Notes under the pieces: model-generated
Told to the model about the DNA's origin: nothing
Seen by the model: the letters and a program-made list of their open reading frames with translations, nothing else
Database searches by the model: none
Part shown: piece after piece, positions 21,029 to 30,283 of the stretch
Layout of the letters: the number at the start of each line of letters is the position of its first letter
Numbering within the stretch: position 1 is the stretch's first letter
Made by a program: the position numbers and the translations under genes
Assembly: GCA_032250835.1 (NCBI GenBank)
Contig: JAVVEA010000002.1
Coordinates: forward strand, 1-64,000
Reading direction: 5' to 3'
From: a bacterium
Lineage (GTDB): Bacteria; SAR324; XYD2-FULL-50-16
DNA length: 64,000 nt

Positions 21029-22788
21029 TCCTGTTTGACCAGGAAGCCTCCGATGGCGAGGTACTTCAACCCCGAATCGTCCAGCGTATGCAAAGCATCG
21101 GCGGGGAAGTTAACAATCGGTTCGCCGTGCAGGTTAAAGCTGGTATTTAATACCGCCCCGATTCCGGTCTGTTCCTTAAACAAAGAGATCAAGCGGTGGT
21201 AGCTGGGGTTGACGTCGGCTTGCACCACCTGAGGTCGGATGGTACTATCGTAGGGATGCAGCGCCGCAGGCATTTTTTCGGCCGCTTCGGGCCGGGTTTC
21301 AAAGGCCAATTCCATGAACTGAGCCCGAATCCCCTTGGGGTTGACTAGATAACGGTCCGCATCTTCCGCCAACATACTACCGGCAAAGGGCATCCAAAAG
21401 TCTCTGGATTTGATCTGTTCGTTGAGCAGCTTGACGACCTTAGGGTCGCCGGGGTGGGCCAAAATCGACCGATTCCCCAAGGCCCTGGCTCCCCATTCGG
21501 CGCGCCCAGCAAAACGCGCCACCACTTTGCCATCGGCCAACAGTTGGGCCACCCGAGCTTCGATGTCCTCGGGTTTCTCCACCGTTACGGGGCGCTTAAA
21601 GGAATAGGCCTGAATTGCGGCTTCTATGGCCGCATCGTCGTATTCAGGACCCAAGTATAGCTTCGTTACCGGCTGGGGCACAAAGTCTTTCCCGGCCGCA
21701 TCACAGTAGTCGCGGTAGCCTAAGTAAGCGGCCCCAATGGCCGTTGATTCGTCGCCCGCCGTGGGGCACACAATCAGTTGTTTCACCCCGCTTTGTTGGC
21801 CCAAATGCATGTTGGCCTTGACGTTCATGAACACGCCGCCACCACAGACCACCGAATCACATTGGTTTTGCTCAACCCCCAGGTTGACCCACTGGATCAA
21901 CAAATCTTCCATCAACCGCTGGGCCGCACCGGCAATCCAGTCAAAGCGTTGCCGGTCTAGGGCAGACCGCATCCAATGCCCATAGGCATGGCAATGCAGC
22001 TTTGAGCCAAAGCTAAGGTCCTGATTGACCGAAAAGAGCTCACGGAACTTAGGATAAACCCGATCTACACCTTTCTGGTCGGCATAAGGTGCGAGTCCCA
22101 TCAGTTTGTATTCGTGCTCTAGGATCTTCATCCCCATAAAATCAGTTAACACCGAATAGATCCAAGAGGGGCTGTGCGCGTTGGGGGTCCGCTCTCCGAC
22201 AGATTTAAAGCGGCCTGCTTCAGCGAGCGAAACACTTGAGCAGGTCCCATCGCCCGCCGAGTCATGGGTAAAAATCAAATGACGCCCCGTTAGAGCGTCG
22301 GGCGTAAAGCCGTATAGAGCGGCGGCTGCGTGGCAGTCATGGTGGTCGTAGTAGGCGAGATTGTGGTTGCCTACCGCTTCACCAAGCCTCTTGTTAAGAT
22401 CGCGCTTGAGCCCAGGGAAGAGCATTCCCTGATAAAGACTTTTGTGGGCACCTTCATAAAAGGGTTCTAAGCCGGGGAGTTTGTTGAGTACCTGCCCAAC
22501 CAAACCAATGATCGCCCCGCTGGGGTTGAAGTCACGAGAGACGTGATCGGCCACCATTAGGGCTGTGGGCCATTGGCCGCCGATAGTCACCACTTGTAAG
22601 TCTTCGGGCCCGATCCCGGCCAGTTCCAGCAGATATTGAATCGCCAAGACCGGGATGCCCCCACGGTTTTTTTCCCGGCAAAATCGCTCTTCGCTCACGG
22701 CCCCAAGCACCTCGCCGTCCTTGAGTAGGGCGGCGGTTGAGCCATGGTTCAGATTCAGACCCAAAATATAACAGGCTTCTGTGCTCAC
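21025..22788 (-). CDS. Carbamoyltransferase (NodU/CmcH/TobZ family)
   Basis: EERFCREK, HHDCHA, EYKLMGLAPY, GGVFMNVKAN, EWGARALGNRSIL, LNTSFNLHGEPIV. GTG 22788 has a GGAG RBS. Confidence 0.95.
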   Translation of the reverse strand: MSTEACYILGLNLNHGSTAALLKDGEVLGAVSEERFCREKNRGGIPVLAIQYLLELAGIGPEDLQVVTIGGQWPTALMVADHVSRDFNPSGAIIGLVGQVLNKLPGLEPFYEGAHKSLYQGMLFPGLKRDLNKRLGEAVGNHNLAYYDHHDCHAAAALYGFTPDALTGRHLIFTHDSAGDGTCSSVSLAEAGRFKSVGERTPNAHSPSWIYSVLTDFMGMKILEHEYKLMGLAPYADQKGVDRVYPKFRELFSVNQDLSFGSKLHCHAYGHWMRSALDRQRFDWIAGAAQRLMEDLLIQWVNLGVEQNQCDSVVCGGGVFMNVKANMHLGQQSGVKQLIVCPTAGDESTAIGAAYLGYRDYCDAAGKDFVPQPVTKLYLGPEYDDAAIEAAIQAYSFKRPVTVEKPEDIEARVAQLLADGKVVARFAGRAEWGARALGNRSILAHPGDPKVVKLLNEQIKSRDFWMPFAGSMLAEDADRYLVNPKGIRAQFMELAFETRPEAAEKMPAALHPYDSTIRPQVVQADVNPSYHRLISLFKEQTGIGAVLNTSFNLHGEPIVNFPADALHTLDDSGLKYLAIGGFLVKQE

Positions 22789-22828
22789 GAGGCTCCTATG
22801 GGCTTTTGGACTGCAATCAGTTCCTTGA

Positions 22829-24595
22829 TCATACTTTTTCCAAAGGACGGACCACATAGTTACCGATTACTAAAATCTCAATCGCATTCCAAACCAAGTG
22901 GTCAATTGCATCGTCAGGACTATGCACAATCGGCAAACCATGTTTGTTGAAGCTAGTGTTTAATACTCCGCCAACTCCGGTCAGCTTCTTAAACTCAGTC
23001 AATAGTTCCCAATAGGGCTGATTAACTTCGGCGGATACGGTATGAGGGCGCAAGGTACCATCCACATGTATCGCTGCGGGGATATCCTTTCTCCCCTGCT
23101 CTGTGGCTTCATCGTATAAAATCATGAACGGTGATTTAAGTACCGTCTTCAAATAACGAGGAGCTTCTTCCTCCAACATACTCGGCGCAAAGGGCATAAA
23201 CCAGTCACGCCGTTTTAAGTTTTTATTGATACGCTCACGGTTTTCGGCTGAGCGAGGGTCCGCAATCACACTGCGATGCCCTAGAGCACGGGGACCGAAC
23301 TCCGCACGCCCCTGAAACCAACCTAGAACGTAGCCATCTACTAGCAGTTGCGCCGCTTGAGGGGCAACGGGTTCAAAACGCTCAAATACCAGTTGATCTT
23401 TTCGGGCCTCTAAAGCGCTCTTGATTTGTTCATCAGAAAACTCGGTCCCCAACCCCATAGAAGGGCATGACCCAGATATCCGGTCAGGGTTTAACTGGTA
23501 ATAAACTGAAAGTGCGGCCCCTGCGGCCACACCAGAATCGCCCGCATTGGGAAACACATACAACTGTTCCAGCCCTGGCAGGTCCATCAGTTGCTTATTC
23601 ATCTTAATATTGTAAAAAATTCCACCGGCACAACAGAGTTGCGTCTGGTCATATTTTTTTAATAGATAGCTTACCCACTTGACCATCACCTCTTCCAAAA
23701 TCAACTGCGCTGCCGCAGCAATATCCTCTCTTTTGACCTTGCCCTCTAACTTGGCTAGATATCGACCCGTGCGGGTAGAGCGAAAATTTTCAGCATTTTC
23801 CGCCCGCCGACTCAAGGTCTCATAATCAATCCACCAGCTTTTTGGCATCACCCAGCGGTCGTCGATAAAATCTGGGGCAATGGCCTTTAAAGCGCTGTAT
23901 GCGGCTTTCGGGTCACCATAAGCAGCAAATCCCATGGTCTTGCCAGCACCATCTCCCAGGGTAAACCCTAAATGAACGCTAATCGCTTCATAAAAGGTGG
24001 CTAAGGAGGCGTAGTGTGGAACAGACTCCACTTCTGTTACCTTGGGGCCTTCACATAAACATACTTTACCGGAAACTACCGTACCGTCCAAAGTGCTTCC
24101 CAACGCATCCAACCCAATTGCTAGAGCTTTCTCAAACCCGCTAGTACGGTAGGCGCTTTGGGCGTGAGCCAGTTCGTGATCAACATAAACCAGCTTCTGT
24201 GTGTCATGGATCAATGCAGGAAGCTGGCTGGCTACCTTTTCGCGGCCCAGCTTTTCTTTAACCAACTGCATAGCAATCTTGGGCGAACGAAGGCCCATGT
24301 ATGCCCCAAACAGCCAAGGGTCCAGCCGACTCCGTTCAAACAAGCTAGCAACCATCTTCGAAGTATCGATGGGCGGAAAGGCAACTGCAATTTTATCAAA
24401 ATCATCCATAGTAAGCCCCTGGCGATCCAAGAAGCTCTCTATGGCCAGCTTTGGAAAAGCACCATCGTGTTTTTTTCGGCTCAGTCTTTCTTCGGATTCA
24501 GCAAACACGATCTTGCCATCCTCGACGACAACCATCGAATTATCATGGGAGTCGTATAAATAAGAAACGCCTAATACCCTCATAACTTTACTCAT
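22829..24595 (-). CDS. Carbamoyltransferase (NodU/CmcH/TobZ family)
   Basis: [52 protein letters not shown]. Confidence 0.95.
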   Translation of the reverse strand: MSKVMRVLGVSYLYDSHDNSMVVVEDGKIVFAESEERLSRKKHDGAFPKLAIESFLDRQGLTMDDFDKIAVAFPPIDTSKMVASLFERSRLDPWLFGAYMGLRSPKIAMQLVKEKLGREKVASQLPALIHDTQKLVYVDHELAHAQSAYRTSGFEKALAIGLDALGSTLDGTVVSGKVCLCEGPKVTEVESVPHYASLATFYEAISVHLGFTLGDGAGKTMGFAAYGDPKAAYSALKAIAPDFIDDRWVMPKSWWIDYETLSRRAENAENFRSTRTGRYLAKLEGKVKREDIAAAAQLILEEVMVKWVSYLLKKYDQTQLCCAGGIFYNIKMNKQLMDLPGLEQLYVFPNAGDSGVAAGAALSVYYQLNPDRISGSCPSMGLGTEFSDEQIKSALEARKDQLVFERFEPVAPQAAQLLVDGYVLGWFQGRAEFGPRALGHRSVIADPRSAENRERINKNLKRRDWFMPFAPSMLEEEAPRYLKTVLKSPFMILYDEATEQGRKDIPAAIHVDGTLRPHTVSAEVNQPYWELLTEFKKLTGVGGVLNTSFNKHGLPIVHSPDDAIDHLVWNAIEILVIGNYVVRPLEKV

Positions 24596-24596
24596 T

Positions 24597-26096
24597 TCAA
24601 GTTTTTACAAACAAGAGATATTGGCCCTCTTGGCGCTCCAAGCGCCAATTCGAGAGGTCCAGTTCATCTGGCTGGGCGTAGCCGGTACTCAACAACAGGT
24701 GGGTCAGGCCATATTTGGCCGCCAATTGGTCTGGGGTCTTTTGCATCAAGGGCCAAAAATCCACCAACTCATAAACCCCTACGCTGTTGTCCGACAGCAG
24801 CGTTTGTCCATTTTCCATAAAGTAAGCAAAGGCATCGGACAGGCCGTGGGGGATACAGGCAATGCGCGGATTGTTTTGGGCTTTCATGTGCTCAATGATC
24901 CGCCAAAGGGGCTCAGTGATCGACTTGTCAGGATTGTTGACCACCAATTTATACTGCATCAGCACCACCAACACCACGCAAGCCAAAGCCCCCAGGCCCG
25001 CCAAAGGGGCAATCCAAAGGGGGCTCAGGCCGGTCAAGCTGCGGTATACCAACTGGGCGGCGATCAAAGCCACGGCGCTGCCAGCGTACTCCAAGTAACG
25101 TTGCCCTTCGCCCAAAAACCGGAGATAACGCAGATTAAAGAGCCAACTCAAAAAGAACAGCGCCAAAGCCCATTTGATCAATAAAGGGCTCCAACTGGCC
25201 ACAAAATGGGGCTGCACTAATTCGGGCTGTTCGTAAAAACGCCAGAGCACAAAGGTGAGCCAAGGGTTGACGGCAAAGAGGGGCAAGATAGGGATTTTTT
25301 GGATAAAAAACTCTATCTTGCGGACAAAATCCACGGGCATCGCCTTGCGGCTCGGCAAGCCCCGCGTCATATGCGCTAGCCGGTTGTGGATATTGTACAT
25401 CCAAAAGGCCACCAGCAACAATTGGCCCCGCAGGTATTCCAGATACTTGGCCTTAAATCCAAAGATGGCTAACGCTACCCCGGGAAGAAAAATCAAAAGG
25501 TAGGTCCGTTCCCCGTCAAACAGGGTCAGTGTAAAGAAGGTGAAAAAGATCACCTGTAAAGACATGCGGTGGGTGTAGGCAACCAAACAGACCAACCCAA
25601 TCGCCAGGCCCGCCTTCCAAGGGGCCGGGTCAACGAGGTAGGCCATCAGACCCAACATGGTCCAGGTGACGATCAGGCTCGAAAAGGTCCGCAAGCTTAA
25701 GTTGCTCGCTTCAAGCGGCGTAACCGGCGTGACCAAATAAATCGCCTGGGCCAGCAACCCAACCCAAGGCGTCCCCGAAATATACCAGCCCGCCGCAAAA
25801 AGCGTCAGCCCGTGCAGCACATCAAAGGCCGGGGAAAAGAGTCCCTGGTGCCGGTCCACAAAGGATTTAGGGAAAAGTGACAGGAGCCAGTATAAGAAAG
25901 GTGGGTTGTCCACGCTACCGGGGACGATGTAGCGCTCTGGTACCGAAAGAGGCAGCCGGTGGTGGCGGCGGATTTGGTCGGCCAGCAAGGCAAAGCGCCA
26001 AGTATCGATCCCAAAGTACCGGTTTTTAAAGCGAGGCCAAGCCTCAAGATAAAACCCAGCCAGTCCCAACAGTAGCGAAAGAATCAAGGCAAACAA
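24597..26096 (-). CDS. Polytopic membrane protein, possible GT-C fold
   Basis: 499 aa, about 11 TMs, DTW and DNPP in first loop, short soluble C-terminal domain. Confidence 0.55.
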   Translation of the reverse strand: MFALILSLLLGLAGFYLEAWPRFKNRYFGIDTWRFALLADQIRRHHRLPLSVPERYIVPGSVDNPPFLYWLLSLFPKSFVDRHQGLFSPAFDVLHGLTLFAAGWYISGTPWVGLLAQAIYLVTPVTPLEASNLSLRTFSSLIVTWTMLGLMAYLVDPAPWKAGLAIGLVCLVAYTHRMSLQVIFFTFFTLTLFDGERTYLLIFLPGVALAIFGFKAKYLEYLRGQLLLVAFWMYNIHNRLAHMTRGLPSRKAMPVDFVRKIEFFIQKIPILPLFAVNPWLTFVLWRFYEQPELVQPHFVASWSPLLIKWALALFFLSWLFNLRYLRFLGEGQRYLEYAGSAVALIAAQLVYRSLTGLSPLWIAPLAGLGALACVVLVVLMQYKLVVNNPDKSITEPLWRIIEHMKAQNNPRIACIPHGLSDAFAYFMENGQTLLSDNSVGVYELVDFWPLMQKTPDQLAAKYGLTHLLLSTGYAQPDELDLSNWRLERQEGQYLLFVKT

Positions 26097-26105
26097 TTAG
26101 GGAAC

Positions 26106-26810
26106 CTAAAAGGAGATCGACAGATACACACTATGACCGATGGGGAGAAAGCCCGCCTTGCAATAGAGCGACATGGAAGGGATGTTATCGGCTTCAGTGC
26201 GAACCCGCAACCGATTCATGCCTTTTTGCCGACTCCAATCTAAGGCAGCCCGGCAAAGAGCCAAGCCCCAACCTTTACCTCTTTGTCCAGAAGCCACCCC
26301 CAGCAGCACAATCCTTGCGGTGTCGTCCTCGGCCTTGACCCCAACAAACCCACCGAGTACCGAATCGCCAACTAGTAGGACCTCATCTGCCTGATCCCCC
26401 TCAAGGCAATTGAGGGCCCAGGCGCGGTGGTAGGCCCCGGCCAGCTCTTTGGTGGCTTTCATACGGTTGAAGCGCGAATAGGAAAAACAAGACCCCGCTA
26501 ACTCCGCGAGGGCCATTGCGTCCTCAGGTCCACCTGCCCTATACTTCTCGCCCAAACAGGGACCTTCGACTTTGCAATCAAGGTCGCCAATGGGCAACAG
26601 CAAATGCAAGCCAGCTTGCTGCGCGGCTTCAATCGCTTCGGCCTGTGAACTAGGCAGCAGGCCAACTAAATGATTTGCCCCTTCGGCCCTTGCTTGGCTA
26701 ATTAAATCAGAGATAGGTTGCCCTTTGTCATCTAGGGCAAATTGAAAAAAGGACTGGCCGAAAAACTGGCTGTCATACTCATTGCGCCAAAGTCGAAACT
26801 GGGTGCCCAT
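26106..26810 (-). CDS. GNAT N-acetyltransferase, WecD/RffC-like
   Basis: YDSQFFG, FSYSRF, QRGKGWG, VRTEADN...LYCKAGF. Confidence 0.85.
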   Translation of the reverse strand: MGTQFRLWRNEYDSQFFGQSFFQFALDDKGQPISDLISQARAEGANHLVGLLPSSQAEAIEAAQQAGLHLLLPIGDLDCKVEGPCLGEKYRAGGPEDAMALAELAGSCFSYSRFNRMKATKELAGAYHRAWALNCLEGDQADEVLLVGDSVLGGFVGVKAEDDTARIVLLGVASGQRGKGWGLALCRAALDWSRQKGMNRLRVRTEADNIPSMSLYCKAGFLPIGHSVYLSISF

Positions 26811-26811
26811 A

Positions 26812-28398
26812 TTACCCTTCGGCCAGGCGTGCTTTTAAGATGGAAGTGATCAAATGCACCAAAAGATTGTGGGCATCCTCGATGAATTGATAATGTTCGC
26901 TGGGTACGACTACCGAGAGGTCCACTAGCTCCCCTAAAGCCCCCCCACGGTGTCCCAAGAGCCCAATCGTCGAAATGCCCCGCTCTTTGGCTAATTTAAT
27001 CGCGCTGATCAAGCTTTTGCTATGCCCGCCGCCGCTGATCACGATCACCAAATCGCCGGGATCAGCCAAGTTGTACAACTGACCGCTAAAGATCTTCTCA
27101 TAGCCTTCATCATTCCCCCAGGCGGTCATCAACGGCACATTATCCGTCAAAGCGATAGCCCGGATGCCCCGTTGGCCCTCGGGCCCCATGGTTGATTTGG
27201 AAAGCTCGCTGCAAAGATGGCTGCTGGTTGCGGCACTGCCCCCATTGCCCATAATGAACACCTTTCGACCCGCCAAATGGGCCTGGTGGATTTTGTCGAT
27301 CACCTGATCGATTTGGGCCTTGTCGATCCGTTTGACCACGTTGGTCATCCCCAATAAATAGCCTTCTGGGGTAACTGCAGATTGGAAACGCCCGATTTGG
27401 TCTAAGACCAAATGGACCCCTTCAGACTCAAAGCGGAATTTAAATTCTTGTAGGCCCTGTTCCGTAAGAGCTTCGCGCACTGCTTGCCGGTTTTCTTTTT
27501 CCACGTACATCAACAAAAAACCACCGCCGCCTGCACCGGTGATCTTTCCGCCTAAGGCCCCGGCGTCGCGCGCAGCTTGATAGGCTTGGTCAATTTGTGG
27601 GCTGCTGATAGAGCTGCTCATGGCTTTTTTATATTCCCAACCCTGATGCAGCAATTGGCCAAACTGCTCTAAGTCCCCGGCTTCTAAGGCCGTCTTCATG
27701 GCATACGCCATGTCCTTGATCTTCAGTAAAGAGTCGATCACCTGCGGCTCCATGGAGCGAGTGGCCGCCCGCTGGCTCGAAAGAATTTGTGCGGAGTTAC
27801 GCTGGGTGCCTGTAAAAAAGAGCAAAAGGTTATATTCCAGGCGGTCCTTTACCGACGGATCCATCTGCAGCGGCTCTACCTGAATCCCTTCTTTACCGAA
27901 GGTAATGAAGTTTAAACCACCAAAGGAGGAGGCATATTGATCCTGCATCCCAATCGGGCGGTTAAGCCGGTCGATCTCAATCTGGCTCGAGAGATCGGCG
28001 ATCTCCCCCTTAGGCATTTCTTTGTTTTTAAAGGTTGAGAATAGTTTCACCAAGCTTGAGGTAACAGCTCCCGAAAGCCCCAGCCCGGAGCCCGGTGGAA
28101 TATCTGATTTAAGGGAGATGTGCAGTTTGTCATCTACCTCAAAGTGCTGCATCACCGCTTTGGGGATCATCAGAGCGTCTGACAGGCTGGCTTTGCGGAT
28201 GTCGCTGATTTCTTGGTAAAGCTGATAATCAGCCGATTCGATCGACAAGGGGCCTTCCAGATTGTACTGGAGGCTAGCATAAAAATATTTATTGATGCTC
28301 GTCGAAAGTACCGCGCCGCCGTACTTGAGGTAAAAGTCGGGGAAGTCGGTTCCGCCGCCACCAAAACTAAGCCGAACCGGTGCTTTACAGATAATCAT
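26812..28398 (-). CDS. Fused GHMP sugar kinase (HddA-like) and SIS phosphosugar isomerase (GmhA-like)
   Basis: N-terminal PVRLSFGGGGTD, PPGSGLG, GMQDQY, GGKITGAGGGGF. C-terminal GNGGSAA, TAWGND, EDAH. Confidence 0.9.
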   Translation of the reverse strand: MIICKAPVRLSFGGGGTDFPDFYLKYGGAVLSTSINKYFYASLQYNLEGPLSIESADYQLYQEISDIRKASLSDALMIPKAVMQHFEVDDKLHISLKSDIPPGSGLGLSGAVTSSLVKLFSTFKNKEMPKGEIADLSSQIEIDRLNRPIGMQDQYASSFGGLNFITFGKEGIQVEPLQMDPSVKDRLEYNLLLFFTGTQRNSAQILSSQRAATRSMEPQVIDSLLKIKDMAYAMKTALEAGDLEQFGQLLHQGWEYKKAMSSSISSPQIDQAYQAARDAGALGGKITGAGGGGFLLMYVEKENRQAVREALTEQGLQEFKFRFESEGVHLVLDQIGRFQSAVTPEGYLLGMTNVVKRIDKAQIDQVIDKIHQAHLAGRKVFIMGNGGSAATSSHLCSELSKSTMGPEGQRGIRAIALTDNVPLMTAWGNDEGYEKIFSGQLYNLADPGDLVIVISGGGHSKSLISAIKLAKERGISTIGLLGHRGGALGELVDLSVVVPSEHYQFIEDAHNLLVHLITSILKARLAEG

Positions 28399-28410
28399 TT
28401 CGGGCTCTGA

Positions 28411-29106
28411 TTAAAACTGACGCCTGGCTTGCTCAAGCTTTTCAAGCGAACCAATATCGATTAGGTATTCGGAAATGGGGTAACCATACATTTCTCGAGC
28501 CTGTTCAAGCAAGGCAGGAAAGACGTCTTTGCCGAAATCGCTAAAGCCAGAGCCCACAAAGTCCAAGACTTCGGGCTCCAGCACATAGATCCCTGCGTTG
28601 GCTAAATCGGTGAAGACTTCGTCGATAGGAGGTTTTTCTACAAATCGGGTGACCCGGCCTTCTGAGTCTAAATCGACTAGCCCGCATTCCTGGGGGTTTG
28701 GAACCCGGTACAAACCAATGGTGGCGACCCCACCCTTTTCTTGGTGGAAAGCCAACATCCGGCTGAGGTCGGTATGGCTGAGGACATCGCCGTAGATCAC
28801 CACGAAGGTCTGGTCAAAAAAGCTCAAAAAGGGCCGCAAGGCCCCTGCGGTCCCTTGCAACTCAGTCTCCATCGAGAACTGTAACTGGACACCAAAGGAG
28901 GAGCCATCGCCAAAATAGTCGGTGATAACGTCCGGTAGGTGGGAGAGATTGATGGCGATTTGGTTGATCCCGTGCTGGCGGCAAAGCTCTATACTATGCT
29001 GCAACACGGGTTTGTCCTGGACGGTCACCATCGGTTTGGGAAGGTGATCCGTTAGCGGCCTCAGCCGGGTCCCCAATCCGGCCGCCAGAATCATCGCCTT
29101 AGTCAT
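28411..29106 (-). CDS. Sugar-1-phosphate nucleotidyltransferase (HddC/mannose-1-P guanylyltransferase-like)
   Basis: AMILAAGLGTRLRPLT..PKPM, GTAG, FVEKP, DIGS. Confidence 0.92.
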   Translation of the reverse strand: MTKAMILAAGLGTRLRPLTDHLPKPMVTVQDKPVLQHSIELCRQHGINQIAINLSHLPDVITDYFGDGSSFGVQLQFSMETELQGTAGALRPFLSFFDQTFVVIYGDVLSHTDLSRMLAFHQEKGGVATIGLYRVPNPQECGLVDLDSEGRVTRFVEKPPIDEVFTDLANAGIYVLEPEVLDFVGSGFSDFGKDVFPALLEQAREMYGYPISEYLIDIGSLEKLEQARRQF

Positions 29107-30197
29107 CAGGCCACGTCCTGACCTTTCGTACCCGGCAGTTGCGTTTCCATTTGCAGGAACGCGCCAATGTCATTGACGTTCATTTCTTTGTACTGAGGGC
29201 AAGCCGCGCAGGTGCTGATCGGGTTTTCGCTGTTTACGGTAGCACGGAAGGTTTGGAACCGTTCATTGTTCCAAATTTCTTCTATCGGTTGCTCTTCTAA
29301 GTCCCCCATGATCTCATGGCTGAGCATACATAAGCGAACCTTGCCGTCGGACTCAACAAATAGCTCTTCCCAGGGTCGGTAGCAGGGCTTGCGGTGGCCG
29401 CTCGGCTTACTTTCGCTCACCTGCTTTTGCGGGGACTCTAGGTCAAACTTTTCAGGCAACGTCAAAGCTATGCCCAGGTCCTCTGCTAGCTTGCGCCCTT
29501 CGTCAATCAAGAGGTTGGTTTTCTCTTTATCGTAGTATAAGATTTCGTCCTTCATTTCATGGCCATAGGCAACCATGTGGACCAGTTTCGCTTCGTCCAT
29601 CCCTAGTTCGGCGGCCAAACGGACAAAATCGGGGAACTGGTGAATGTTTTGGCGCATCCCCACAAAAACCATCCGCAAATAAGGGGTCTTCTTCCCATGC
29701 TTGCGCTTCATCTCAACGATTTTCTGGATATTCGCCAGAACCCGCTCAAAGTTCGAGCCCCGCCGGATCTTCTCGTACACTTCCTTGGTGGTGCCGTCGA
29801 AGGAGAAATTTAAATACTCCAACCCAGACTCGATCATGTGCTCCACCAATTTTTCTTTCAGCAAAAGCCCATTGGTGAGGATAAACACCTTGGAGTCGTT
29901 GCGGATCACATCATCGAAGAAACGGCCCAGGTGCTCATTCAAGAAAGGCTCACCCCAACCAAACAGGCTTACGTCGTATGCCGTAGGTAACACACTGGCG
30001 CAGGCTTCAAAATGCTTAAGCTTGAGGTTTTTCCCTTCAAAGTCGCGGTGCGAATGGCCGCACATCTCGCATTTCAAGTTACACTTATTGCTCGCTTCAA
30101 ACACAATCCGCTGGGGCTGAGACTGGATTACCTCTAGGGACTCCAGTTTTTCGCGGTCATTCAATGTCTTGTTCGCAATCGCCTGGGCGTTCGGCAT
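29106..30197 (-). CDS. Radical SAM protein with SPASM/twitch domain
   Basis: CNLKCEMC, GWGEPF, TNG, CYRPW...GKVRLC...CAAC. Confidence 0.92.
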   Translation of the reverse strand: MPNAQAIANKTLNDREKLESLEVIQSQPQRIVFEASNKCNLKCEMCGHSHRDFEGKNLKLKHFEACASVLPTAYDVSLFGWGEPFLNEHLGRFFDDVIRNDSKVFILTNGLLLKEKLVEHMIESGLEYLNFSFDGTTKEVYEKIRRGSNFERVLANIQKIVEMKRKHGKKTPYLRMVFVGMRQNIHQFPDFVRLAAELGMDEAKLVHMVAYGHEMKDEILYYDKEKTNLLIDEGRKLAEDLGIALTLPEKFDLESPQKQVSESKPSGHRKPCYRPWEELFVESDGKVRLCMLSHEIMGDLEEQPIEEIWNNERFQTFRATVNSENPISTCAACPQYKEMNVNDIGAFLQMETQLPGTKGQDVA

Positions 30198-30283
30198 GAC
30201 TTCCTTCTTGATTTTTTTTGTGCCACTAAATGGCTATAATTTAACAAACAACGGGCGGGTTGTCACGGGTCAAGACAAAATCC

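Noticed and set aside
22789-22857. N-terminal extension of the carbamoyltransferase ORF
   Set aside because: It overlaps the previous gene; GTG 22788 has an RBS and matches the family start.
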